Of a stretch of DNA of 64,000 bases, positions 9,403 through 18,207 are shown one piece after another. The notes beneath the pieces were generated by a model. That model searched no databases and was not told where the DNA came from. It worked only from the letters and a program-made list of their open reading frames with translations. The DNA comes from Actinomycetota bacterium (GTDB lineage Bacteria > Actinomycetota > Acidimicrobiia > Spongiisociales > UBA4744): the NCBI GenBank assembly GCA_013152275.1, contig JAADGS010000018.1:80136-144135 (forward strand), in the 5' to 3' direction. A program made the position numbers and the translations under genes. Positions within the stretch are counted from its first letter, which is position 1. The number at the start of each line of letters is the position of its first letter.

Positions 9403-10371
9403 TTGATCGACTTCATCCTCGGCCTGTACTTCGCCGGCCTGTTCGTGCGGGGCTGGCTGCGTGGATTCGTGCGCGAGCTGATGGACCTCATCGGTCTGAT
9501 CGTCGGGCTCGCCCTCGCATTCCGACTCAGTGGCCCTGCCGGCGCATTCGTGCGCAACTGGGCCGGAACGTCCGACGTGGTCTCGCGCCTCATCGGCGGC
9601 TTTGCAATCTTCCTCGCCGTGGGGATCGTGGCGAGCATCGGCGCCCATTTCCTTCAGCGGCTCTTCTCCCTTCCCGGCCTTGCATTGTCGAACCGGCTCT
9701 TTGGGGCGGTGCTGGCTCTGACGTGGGCGTTGTTCCTTGCCGTTCTGATCTTGTCCCTGCTGGCCGTGCTCCCACTGCCGCCGTCGGCGGCAGACCAACT
9801 CGACAACTCCAGAGTCGCCACCTATCTGACCGACCCGGATGCGTTGCCGCAAACGGTCTTCCAGTCGATCGCAGGGGATCGGGTGCTCGAAGCTCTGCTG
9901 AATATGCAGGAGCTCGTTGGCGGCAAGGAGGTCATCCTTCAGAAAGGTGAGACACTCGAGCTTCCCGCCGCGGCCGAGGACGACCTCAGGACCGACGACA
10001 AGGCGGCAGCGGAGATCTTCGATCTCCTCAACCGTTCCCGTGTCGAGGAAGGACTCGATCCGCTGGCCTGGTCGGCGGCGCTGGCCGGCGTCGGTCAGGC
10101 CTACGCCGAGGAGATGTATGTCGGAGGGTTCTTCAGCCATGAGTCGCCGGTGACCGGCAACGTTGTCGATCGAGTGAAGAAGGCCGGGATTCCGTATCGC
10201 GTCCTGGGAGAGAACCTCGCGTTGGCCTCGACGGCCAAGACGGTGCACGACGGCCTGATGGCCAGCCCGGCGCATCGCGAGAACATCCTGCGACCCGAGT
10301 TCACTCGAGTCGGTATCGGCGTGGTCGCCGGACCGCTCGGACTGATGGTGGTCGAAGTGTTCCAGGGCTGA
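9403..10371 (+). CDS. CvpA-family membrane domain fused to a C-terminal CAP/SCP (YkwD-like) domain
   Basis: The N-terminal 130 aa form 4 TM helices (MIDFILGLYFAGLFVRGWLRGFVRELMDLIGLIVGLALAF). The C-terminal 120 aa carry CAP motifs (GENLALAST...MASPAHRENILRPEFTRVGIGV). Confidence 0.6.
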   Translation: MIDFILGLYFAGLFVRGWLRGFVRELMDLIGLIVGLALAFRLSGPAGAFVRNWAGTSDVVSRLIGGFAIFLAVGIVASIGAHFLQRLFSLPGLALSNRLFGAVLALTWALFLAVLILSLLAVLPLPPSAADQLDNSRVATYLTDPDALPQTVFQSIAGDRVLEALLNMQELVGGKEVILQKGETLELPAAAEDDLRTDDKAAAEIFDLLNRSRVEEGLDPLAWSAALAGVGQAYAEEMYVGGFFSHESPVTGNVVDRVKKAGIPYRVLGENLALASTAKTVHDGLMASPAHRENILRPEFTRVGIGVVAGPLGLMVVEVFQG

Positions 10372-10380
10372 TTCCCGTTT

Positions 10381-10421
10381 CCTCCCCCAAGAGGCTCCTC
10401 CAGGGCCGACGTTGGGGGAGG
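10381..10421. terminator. Candidate bidirectional terminator hairpin (10-bp GC-rich stem, 19-nt loop) between convergent genes
   Basis: cctcccccaa ... ttgggggagg is a perfect inverted repeat 10 nt after the CvpA-CAP stop and about 85 nt from the WS/DGAT stop. There is no U-tract, as is common in GC-rich genomes. Confidence 0.4.
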
Positions 10422-10504
10422 TGTCCTCGGGGCTTTGGCCGAGGGCGGAGGGGGTCTTGGGGACGTGTCCCGCCAGGGACGGAGGGGGTTGCCTGGCGCC
10501 GAGA

Positions 10505-11926
10505 TCAGGCCTGTGATCTGGCCGCTTCGAGCAGTTCTGCAGCCGAGCGTCGGACCGCGGCGGCGAAGGCGTCGAGATCGGGAACGGCATCCCAGTCGGC
10601 GTGGAGTCCCCATGCGATCTCGCCGTCGTAGCTGAACAGGGCGATGCCGATATCGTGGCCTGCCCACAGTGGGACGGCGGGGTATTGCACGATCAGCCTG
10701 GAGTCGAGCAGGTACATCGGGAACTGCGGTCCGGGTACATTCGTGATCGTCATGTTGAACGGGCGCATGCCGGTGGCGAGCCGTGCGGCACGTTGCATCA
10801 AGGTCATCGGTGCCCCCGAGGTGAGCTGGATGATCGTCGAGGCGCCGAGTGCCTGGTTGGTTTCCTTGAGCTTGCCCGTGTGTTCCTTGATGAGCGCGAA
10901 CCTCCGCAACGGGTCACGCTGTTCCAGCGGCAGCTCGATCAGCCACATCGCGATCTGGTTCCCCAGGGATCCTCGTTGATCCTTCGGACGGACGCTGACC
11001 GGGACCATCGCACGGAACTCGACCCCGGTGACATCGAAGGCTCGTTCGTTGATGAGGAAACTGCGGATCGCCCCCGTTGCGACTGCCAGTACGACATCGT
11101 TGACGGTGCCGCCGAGGAGGTTCTTGACTTCCTTGAAGTCGTCGAGAGGCAGGGTCAGCCAGTCGAACCGTCGGTTCGGGCCGATCGGTTCATTGATGGG
11201 GGTGCGGGACGCGGCCGAGAGCCATCCCGAGGTGAGCGAATGTGCCACGGCGTTGGCTCTCCGCCCTACTTCGGTCGCAAGTGAACGCCCCTGCTCGAAT
11301 AGCCGGGGGACACTGACTGCGATCTTTGCCGCGCGTGCCAGGCGACGGAGTGTCTCGTCGACGAGGAGCTGCGCTCCTCGTGGCACGGGCCGCGGTATGT
11401 ACTCGGGGGTCGGCTCGATCTCTGTCGTGGGGGCGAAACCGAGAAGGACCCCCATCAGGTCCACACCCGAGATGCCGTCGAGCATGCAATGGTGGATCTT
11501 GAAGATCAAACCGAAACGGTCCTGCTCGCATCCTTCGACGATCCACATCTGCCACAGGGGCTTCGCCCTGTCGAGCTGGCTTCCGAGGATCTGGCCGAAC
11601 AGCTCTCTGAGTTGTGTGTCCGTTCCCGGCTTCGGAAGGCTGATGTGGCGGACGTGGTAGTCGAGGTTGAAGTGCTGGTCGTCGACCCAGACGGGGTACT
11701 TCTCGATCGGGATCCACGCGAGATGCTGCCGGTAACGCGGCACATAGTGGAGTCGAGACCCGATGAACGAGCGAATGCGTCCGATGTCGATGCCGCCATC
11801 GGGCCGTCTCAGCGTTCCTCCTTCGAACAGCGCCACACCGGCGACATGCATGTGTGCGGTGGAGGACTCGAGCGCCAGGAAGGAGGCGTCGAGAAAAGAG
11901 AGCCGGTCATACGCAGGTTTGGTCAT
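10505..11926 (-). CDS. Wax ester synthase/diacylglycerol acyltransferase (WS/DGAT)
   Basis: Active-site motif HHCMLDGISG (HHxxxDG) is present. RBS GGAAGGAG lies 6 nt before ATG at 11926. The track ORF extends to 12004. Confidence 0.85.
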   Translation of the reverse strand: MTKPAYDRLSFLDASFLALESSTAHMHVAGVALFEGGTLRRPDGGIDIGRIRSFIGSRLHYVPRYRQHLAWIPIEKYPVWVDDQHFNLDYHVRHISLPKPGTDTQLRELFGQILGSQLDRAKPLWQMWIVEGCEQDRFGLIFKIHHCMLDGISGVDLMGVLLGFAPTTEIEPTPEYIPRPVPRGAQLLVDETLRRLARAAKIAVSVPRLFEQGRSLATEVGRRANAVAHSLTSGWLSAASRTPINEPIGPNRRFDWLTLPLDDFKEVKNLLGGTVNDVVLAVATGAIRSFLINERAFDVTGVEFRAMVPVSVRPKDQRGSLGNQIAMWLIELPLEQRDPLRRFALIKEHTGKLKETNQALGASTIIQLTSGAPMTLMQRAARLATGMRPFNMTITNVPGPQFPMYLLDSRLIVQYPAVPLWAGHDIGIALFSYDGEIAWGLHADWDAVPDLDAFAAAVRRSAAELLEAARSQA

Positions 11927-11972
11927 CGGTGCTCCTTCCGGGACAAGCCTACGGCGTGACCGGATCGGCTGG

Positions 11973-12842
11973 TCATGGCTCGAGGAGCACGCCGAGCCCC
12001 TCACGGGCCGCGGTGGCCAGAGCCCGGGCGGCCGCGGCGATGTCCTGGCTCGCGACCCCGACGGATTTGAAGAGGGTGATCGGCGAACTCGGTTTGGACC
12101 TGTGCGTCAGCAGGTCTCCGATCGTCGCATCAGGCGAGCGTTGCGCCTGGATGAGGTCACCGGCTTCTTCCGAGGCGGCTGCGATATCGTCGACTGCGAC
12201 GAACGCCCTCCTGACCGTCTCCGGGGGTATCTCGGCCATCTCCGGCGTGAAGGCGCCGATCGCGTTGATGTGCACGGACTCCGGCAGTGACGAATCACGG
12301 AACAGGGGAATGTGCGCCGGCGTCGCAGTGGTCACCACGTCCGCGTGGCCGACCGCCTCATTCGCGTCGCTCACGGCTTCACCGCCGACCTGTCTGGCCA
12401 GCCGCTCGGCCCTGTCCCGGCTTCTGGACCATACGAGAATCCTGGTGATCGGTCGGACGGCGATGACCGCTTCGATCAGATCTCGAGCCATCGCGCCTGC
12501 GCCGAGCATCGCGAGTGTGGAGGCGTCGGGCTTCGCGAGCAGACGCGTGGCGAGACCGGCTGCCGCACCTGTCCGGATCGCGGTGAGCGTCGGTCCATCG
12601 ACGAGGCCGATCGGGTGCCCGCGCCCGTCGAACACCACGACGATCCCCGCCGGGTCGCCGGGTGTGATCGAGACCACCTTGATGCCGGTGCGGCTTCCCA
12701 CTTTCCCCGCCATGAACAATGACGAACCGAGCAGAACCCGCTGAGGTGTTTCACGGTCGTCTCGAAACGCCTCACGCATCGCGCCGATCGCCGAGCTCAT
12801 CGGAAGCGCCGCTCTCAGGTCGTCAGGTCCCAGATACCGCAT
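11973..12842 (-). CDS. Ornithine cyclodeaminase/mu-crystallin family protein
   Basis: N-terminus MRYLGPDDLRAALPMSSAIGAMREAF and Rossmann motif LGAGAMA match the OCD/mu-crystallin family. The start ATG shares one nucleotide with the upstream gene's stop (TGATG). The 551-aa track ORF is an artefact: it extends through the oxidoreductase gene in a different frame. Confidence 0.8.
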   Translation of the reverse strand: MRYLGPDDLRAALPMSSAIGAMREAFRDDRETPQRVLLGSSLFMAGKVGSRTGIKVVSITPGDPAGIVVVFDGRGHPIGLVDGPTLTAIRTGAAAGLATRLLAKPDASTLAMLGAGAMARDLIEAVIAVRPITRILVWSRSRDRAERLARQVGGEAVSDANEAVGHADVVTTATPAHIPLFRDSSLPESVHINAIGAFTPEMAEIPPETVRRAFVAVDDIAAASEEAGDLIQAQRSPDATIGDLLTHRSKPSSPITLFKSVGVASQDIAAAARALATAAREGLGVLLEP

Positions 12843-14071
12843 CAGGCGAGCACATTCTTGTTGTCGACGGCGAGGGGGTCGCGGTCGACACCGAGGAACG
12901 AAATCGGGACGTCGGTGTCGTACGAAGCTCGCCTGCCGGTGATCTCCTGGGCGATCAGCGACCCGATCATCGGCGCGAGCTTGAACCCGTGCCCACTGAA
13001 TCCGTTGGCGACGAACCACCCTTCGAGCTCGGTGGGACCGAGGACGGGGTGGACATCCTGCTGGTTGACCGTGTAGAGGCCGGCGATGCCCGAAACCGTT
13101 CCTTTGTGGGGAAGCGCCGGAATGCGGTGATGGAGGGCATGGATCTTGACGTCCTTGAATGCCGCGTCGGCGCTGGTGCGGTAGTTGTCCGGATCGACGC
13201 GTTCGGTCTCGTCCTCCGCGAGAACGGAACCGAAGAGAACCTGCCGGCCGCGGGACTCGGGCCGCAAGTAGATGTTGTGGTCCACCGTCACGGGGATCGG
13301 CCCTTGTACCTCGTCGGCCATCGCCCGGTACGCGACCTGCACACGGGTCGGTGTGAGCGTCCAGGGCACATCGACTCCGGCCGCCTCGTTGAGGCGGTTG
13401 CACCAAGGACCGGCAGCGTTGATGACGAGTGGAGTATCGATCGTGGTTCCATCGGCCAGCGTGACCCCCATGACGCGTCCGCCGCCGGTGCGCACCCCGG
13501 TGACGGGAGATCGGAAGCGGACTTCGGCGCCCTCTCGTCTCGCGGCGGCGATCAGATCCTGATTCGCTCCCGTCGGGTTTGCGTAGCCGCCTTCCTCTTC
13601 GAACAGTGCAGCTTCGAGGTCGCGGCACTCATGCGGTGTGGCGCCGGTCAGATCGAAGGGTGCATCGCACGTCGAGAGGGCGGGAAACCGCTCGCGGGCC
13701 CCTTCCGCGTCGAGGATCGATACGTGGACGCCTTGTGATCGGAGGCGGTCGACGGTGTGGTGCGCATGGTCGGCCGTGAAGCCCAATATCCAGAGGACAC
13801 CGGCATGTTCAAATCGGTTTGTCGGTTCTGGGAGCCGGGTGAAGTCGGACCAGTTTCGGTAGGCGCGCTGACCGCCGAGAGCGAGCCGCACCATGTTCGT
13901 CTGGGAGTAGAGGGTCCTGATAACGGCCGACGATGCGCCGGTCGACCCTTCCGACGGCCCCGCGCCCTTGTCGAGAACGACGATGTGGTCGGACGTGCGG
14001 CGGGCGAGCTGATACGCGATCGAGGACCCGATGATGCCTGCACCGATCACCACGATGTCCGCTGTCTGCAC
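12842..14071 (-). CDS. FAD-dependent oxidoreductase (DAO/sarcosine-oxidase-beta-like family)
   Basis: N-terminal dinucleotide-binding motif VVIGAGIIGSSIAYQLA is present, and the length and fold pattern match the DAO family. Confidence 0.8.
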   Translation of the reverse strand: MQTADIVVIGAGIIGSSIAYQLARRTSDHIVVLDKGAGPSEGSTGASSAVIRTLYSQTNMVRLALGGQRAYRNWSDFTRLPEPTNRFEHAGVLWILGFTADHAHHTVDRLRSQGVHVSILDAEGARERFPALSTCDAPFDLTGATPHECRDLEAALFEEEGGYANPTGANQDLIAAARREGAEVRFRSPVTGVRTGGGRVMGVTLADGTTIDTPLVINAAGPWCNRLNEAAGVDVPWTLTPTRVQVAYRAMADEVQGPIPVTVDHNIYLRPESRGRQVLFGSVLAEDETERVDPDNYRTSADAAFKDVKIHALHHRIPALPHKGTVSGIAGLYTVNQQDVHPVLGPTELEGWFVANGFSGHGFKLAPMIGSLIAQEITGRRASYDTDVPISFLGVDRDPLAVDNKNVLA

Positions 14072-14095
14072 TGCCTGCCTCCCGTGTCAGTTTGC

Positions 14096-14731
14096 CTACT
14101 GTATCGGTGTTCTCGTGTGGGCATGCGGGTTCTGGCGCATCGAGCGCACCAGTGTCGAGACCGTGACCCATTGCACCCAGACGATACCCACGACGACGAA
14201 GACACGTTCGGAATACCCCGGATACCAGTGAGGTGTCGCAAGGAATCCGAGACCGGCTGCCAGGAACAATCCCGCGTAGGCAAGACCCAACCGCCGCCGC
14301 CCGGTCTCCTCGGGGGCGGCGGCCAACGCGGTGAGCACCATTGCGAACAGCAGGGCAGTGAACGCCATCCCCCCTGAAATGTCGTGCAACGCCCCGATGA
14401 AGGTCGTCCACCCCCACTCGACGAGGTCGTCGCGAAAGATCGCCGCGCAAATCATCAGAGCGCCGTGGGCGGCGAGGGCGATGCGCGCGGCGTCGTGACG
14501 GCGGTTCGTGACCGAGCGCAAACCGTGGGCGAAACCGATGATGAGCAGACCGTAGATCGCGAATCCGGTCGACATCGCCCACGGGTCGGAGACTCCCCGG
14601 GCACTCAACTTGGAGATCGTGTCGGTGGCGGGATCGAGTTCGGGGTGCTGGGCAAGTCCGATGAGGAATGCGAGCACGACGATCGGCGGGGCCAGCACCC
14701 CACCGATCAGCCCGAGCCGAGTCGATGGCAT
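14096..14731 (-). CDS. DUF998-like integral membrane protein
   Basis: Has 5-6 predicted TM helices. The first ATG of the track ORF (14740) lies 4 nt from the tRNA 3' end, so a downstream start is more plausible. Confidence 0.45.
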   Translation of the reverse strand: MPSTRLGLIGGVLAPPIVVLAFLIGLAQHPELDPATDTISKLSARGVSDPWAMSTGFAIYGLLIIGFAHGLRSVTNRRHDAARIALAAHGALMICAAIFRDDLVEWGWTTFIGALHDISGGMAFTALLFAMVLTALAAAPEETGRRRLGLAYAGLFLAAGLGFLATPHWYPGYSERVFVVVGIVWVQWVTVSTLVRSMRQNPHAHTRTPIQ

Positions 14732-14743
14732 CCGACGCATGAG

Positions 14744-14816
14744 CGCCCGCGGCAGGATTCGAACCTGCGGCCTACTGCTTAGGAGGCAGTTGCTCTATCC
14801 CCTGAGCTACGCGGGC
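14744..14816 (-). tRNA. tRNA-Arg (anticodon CCT)
   Basis: Reverse complement folds as a cloverleaf: GCCCGCG / GCTC-AGGGGATA-GAGC / ACTGC-CTCCTAA-GCAGT / AGGCC / GCAGG-TTCGAAT-CCTGC / CGCGGGC-G. Total length is 73 nt and CCA is not encoded. Confidence 0.85.
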
Positions 14817-15000
14817 AGTGTGAGCTCCATACCTCTTGTGATGTGCTCACCGGGGGTGTGGCGCATGGGGGAGATTAGATCGTCGTGTCTGGGGAGGGGA
14901 AAGCGGGTGGGGGCGCGTCGGAATGTCGTCTTGGGTCGGCTTGTCTGATCGGTGGTGTTGTCGGACGTGTCGCGGATCGTCGAGGGATCCGCCCGGTGGT

Positions 15001-16092
15001 CTACGGCGGGTCGGGGCCGGTTGGGGGTTTGAGGAACCGTCGGCGCTGGGGCGGGGTGTGAGGGTCGATGCGGTAGCCGAGGCCGTGGATGACGACATGG
15101 TGGTGATACCAGCACAGGGTCGTGAGGTTGTCGGGGTCGTTGTCGGCTCCTGAGGCCCGCCAGTCGATGTGGTGGGGTTGGAGGCGGTACCGGGATTGGC
15201 AGCCGTCTGCAGTGCATCCCTCGTCCCTGTGGAGGACGTAGCGGCGTATGCGGGGCGAGATGACGGCGGAGCGATTCCCGATGCCGAGTACACGTCCGTC
15301 TTCGGTGGTGGCGGTCACTTCGATCGTGCCTTCGCAGAGGATCGCTTGCAGAGCTCTGGGCCCGACACGTGGTCCTGCTTCGATGGTGACACCGGTCTGA
15401 CCGTTGGTGGCTGCGGCCGTTCGAGCGTCGACGAAGATCGTCACCGCCGGTGTGCCCCGTGCCGGCGAATCTCCGGGTGCCGAGTCGTTGCAGATGGCTA
15501 CGAGAGCGTCGGCGCGCCGTTGTGCGCTCGAAGGTCGGCTCTCATCCGGGTGGAGGGGGAATCGGTCGGCGCGGTCCGCGAGGGCTCTGTCGACGATGGC
15601 GCCCTCGTATCCGGGGAGGGAACCCCACAGTCGCCACGTCGACTGGTCCAGGTTCGGTTGCATGACGAGGTGTCGTCCGTTGAATGCGGTGATTTCGTCG
15701 GTGGGGGAGACCCGCCGGTGGTGGGCGATGCGTCGCCGCAGACCTGCGATGTCCCAAACCTGTGATTGCTCCACCAGGTCATTGCCCGGTGCGACGGCTG
15801 CGAGGCGGATCAGTTCTGCTGCCCGGTCGAAGGTGACCTCTCCGGTCTCGAGAGCTTGCCGCACGCCGTTATTGCCGGATCGGGCTGTTCGCGTCAGCAG
15901 CCGGGCGGTTTCGGGGGCGACATCGAGCCGTGCGGTGATCCACTCGGTCAGACCGTGGCACGCGTCCGCCAAGGGGATTTGCCGCCGGTCGATCTCGGTC
16001 AACAGCCTCGCCTGGATGGCGCGGAGCCGAGCGATCGTCGATTCGATCTCGACCAGGTCCGTCTCGATCCGATCTGTCGTCATCTCGTTCAT
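15001..16092 (-). CDS. DUF222/HNH endonuclease family protein (REP13E12-like)
   Basis: C-terminal HNH motif (HHIDWRASGADNDPDNLTTLCWYHHHVVIH) and an N-terminal DUF222-type helical region. It lies beside a tRNA gene. Confidence 0.8.
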   Translation of the reverse strand: MNEMTTDRIETDLVEIESTIARLRAIQARLLTEIDRRQIPLADACHGLTEWITARLDVAPETARLLTRTARSGNNGVRQALETGEVTFDRAAELIRLAAVAPGNDLVEQSQVWDIAGLRRRIAHHRRVSPTDEITAFNGRHLVMQPNLDQSTWRLWGSLPGYEGAIVDRALADRADRFPLHPDESRPSSAQRRADALVAICNDSAPGDSPARGTPAVTIFVDARTAAATNGQTGVTIEAGPRVGPRALQAILCEGTIEVTATTEDGRVLGIGNRSAVISPRIRRYVLHRDEGCTADGCQSRYRLQPHHIDWRASGADNDPDNLTTLCWYHHHVVIHGLGYRIDPHTPPQRRRFLKPPTGPDPP

Positions 16093-16368
16093 GGTGCCAC
16101 CGTATCAGTCGGGTGTGACAGAAAACGACCGATAACGATAGGCAACGCCAGAAATCTCGCCGGGTTGCCGACCTCGGGTTCCTCACCGGCGTGTGCATCT
16201 CTGACATCATGGCCAAGATCTCTCATCCGTGGTCAAACCCCGCCGCCTGTACATATCGGTGCCGACAGGGTGACGCGAGGTCCGAACCGACGGACGTCAT
16301 CCGGCAGACCGGCGCCAACCTGGCAGGCACCGGCCCAGGGTTGCTCTCGCGGTCTGGCAAAGGCCGGG

Positions 16369-16520
16369 ATGGGCGTCGGGACGTTGGAGCAGCGGCCATG
16401 GGACGCCGCGTGTGAGATCCGTGGACCGCTCGACGCCCCCAAGTTCAAGGACCACATCCTCTCGCTCGTGTTCCCGAAACGTCTCTCGGATGTCGTCGAC
16501 GACGAGATTGTCCGTCTGGG
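16369..16520 (+). pseudogene. Remnant of a type I restriction-modification methyltransferase (HsdM) N-terminus
   Basis: Translation LEQRPWDAACEIRGPLDAPKFKDHILSLVFPKRLSDVVDDE matches the conserved HsdM N-terminal block (LW.AAD.LRG..DA.EYKHV.LGL.FLK..SD). Similarity is lost after about 50 aa and there is no credible start or continuation. Confidence 0.3.
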
Positions 16521-16766
16521 ACCCGTGCCGCGGCTCTGCCGGATCGCTCATCGGACAACGCCTGCGGCTTCTCGAGATCCATGGCAAGTCGACCGTGGGG
16601 GCCTTCAACGCCCGCCGGAGGTCGTGCCGCTCGAAGTCTGCGGGCAAGAGATCAACGCCCCGGCGCATGCCATCAGCCGAATGAACGCAGTCATCAGGAC
16701 AGGGACGACGGCGCCGCCTCGGCACCCTCGGAGTGGTGCCGGTGAAGCATCGAAATCTGGTGCAGG

Positions 16767-17981
16767 TCAGCCCTCGAGTGCCTGGTCGAGATCGGCGATG
16801 ATGTCGTCGGCGGCCTCGAGACCGACCGACAGGCGGATCAGCCCGTCGGTGATGCCCGAAGCTGCACGTTCCTGCGGGGCGACGACTCGGTGGGTCATCG
16901 ACGCCGGATGCTCGATCAGCGTGTCGATGTTGCCGAGGCTGACGGCCAGCGTGCAGAGTTCGATCCGGTCGAGGAATCGGGTGGCCGGCTCGTAGCCCCC
17001 GAGATCGAACGCGATCATCGCGCCGAATCCATCCATCTGGCGCCTGGCGAGTTCGTGTTGCGGGTGGGAGGGGAGACCGGGGTAGTGGGTGGCCACCACG
17101 GCCGGGTGGGACTCCAGAAAGCGGGCCACCGCCATCCCGTTGGCACAGTGGCGACTCATGCGAAGCGGGAGCGTCTTGAGGCCGAGGTTGGTGAGCCAGC
17201 AGTCGAACGGGCTCGGCACCCCACCCATGAAGCGGATCAGCGACGGGATCTCTTCTTCCATCAGTGCCGGATCATTGCTGATGACGGCACCACCGATGAC
17301 GGTTCCGTGGCCGTTGATGTACTTCGTGGTGCTGTGGACGACGGCGTCGGCACCATGCTCGAGAGGCCGCTGCAGCACGGGTGTGGCGAACGTGTTGTCG
17401 GCCACGACCTTGGCCCCGTGGGCATGGGCGATCTCCGCGGTTCGGGCGATATCGATCACCGTCATCGTCGGGTTGGCCGGGGTCTCCACGTAGACGACCT
17501 TCGTGTTGGTGTGTTGGGTCAACGCACGTACGAGGGCCGCCGGTTCCAGTCCGGCGATGCGGCTGTTCGTGATTCCGTAGGCGGGCAGGATCTCGGTGAT
17601 GAGGTGGTCGGCGGACCCGTAGAGAACCTGCTGGGCGATGATGTGATCGCCAGCCTTCGCCAGACCCATCAGGGTGGCGCTGATGGCCGCCATGCCCGAG
17701 CCGAAGACCTCGGCGGTGACCGCCTCCCGGTCTGCCGTGAGTCCGTGGCTCTCCAGAGCGGCCAGCTTGTTCGCCAGAGCCGTTCGTGCCGGGTTGCCTC
17801 CGCGAGAGTAGATGTACCCTTCCTCTTCTCCTTCGGCCCACTCCTCGACGGCTCGCATGCCGTCGAAGGTGAACGTCGAGGTCTGGTAGATGGGAGCGAC
17901 GTGGGCTCTCGACGCATCGTGCACCTCCCCGGCGTGGATTGCTTCGGTGGCCATCTGGTGTTGCAGCTCGGTGCTCATCAC
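16767..17981 (-). CDS. PLP-dependent Cys/Met-metabolism enzyme (cystathionine gamma-synthase / O-acylhomoserine thiol-lyase family)
   Basis: PLP-lysine region STTKYINGHGTVIGGAV is present. The N-terminal AIHAG..HDAS..PIYQTSTF matches the MetB/MetC/MetZ/MGL family, but the exact member is not resolvable from sequence. Confidence 0.85.
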   Translation of the reverse strand: MMSTELQHQMATEAIHAGEVHDASRAHVAPIYQTSTFTFDGMRAVEEWAEGEEEGYIYSRGGNPARTALANKLAALESHGLTADREAVTAEVFGSGMAAISATLMGLAKAGDHIIAQQVLYGSADHLITEILPAYGITNSRIAGLEPAALVRALTQHTNTKVVYVETPANPTMTVIDIARTAEIAHAHGAKVVADNTFATPVLQRPLEHGADAVVHSTTKYINGHGTVIGGAVISNDPALMEEEIPSLIRFMGGVPSPFDCWLTNLGLKTLPLRMSRHCANGMAVARFLESHPAVVATHYPGLPSHPQHELARRQMDGFGAMIAFDLGGYEPATRFLDRIELCTLAVSLGNIDTLIEHPASMTHRVVAPQERAASGITDGLIRLSVGLEAADDIIADLDQALEG

Positions 17982-18207
17982 GGGCTCCCTTCATTTGGCC
18001 GCCACGGCAGTGTGCGGCTTCTCGAAATGCGAACTGATCGTTGCACCACAGTACCGGTCGGCCTGGCGCACAGGATCGACCGCTCGATGTTGGTGTCATG
18101 TGCCTGGCACTGTCATGCGTCGATGGCGCCGTCCGCGAGGGGTGAACCCGATGGTGTCGACGAATTGGCGCCGGTCGTTTCGGACAGGGTCCGAACCGCT
18201 TCGCGGT

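Noticed and set aside
12843-13628. N-terminal extension of the 551-aa ORF containing the OCD homologue
   Set aside because: It lies inside the FAD-oxidoreductase gene in another frame. The OCD family N-terminus (MRYLGPDDLRAA) starts at 12842.
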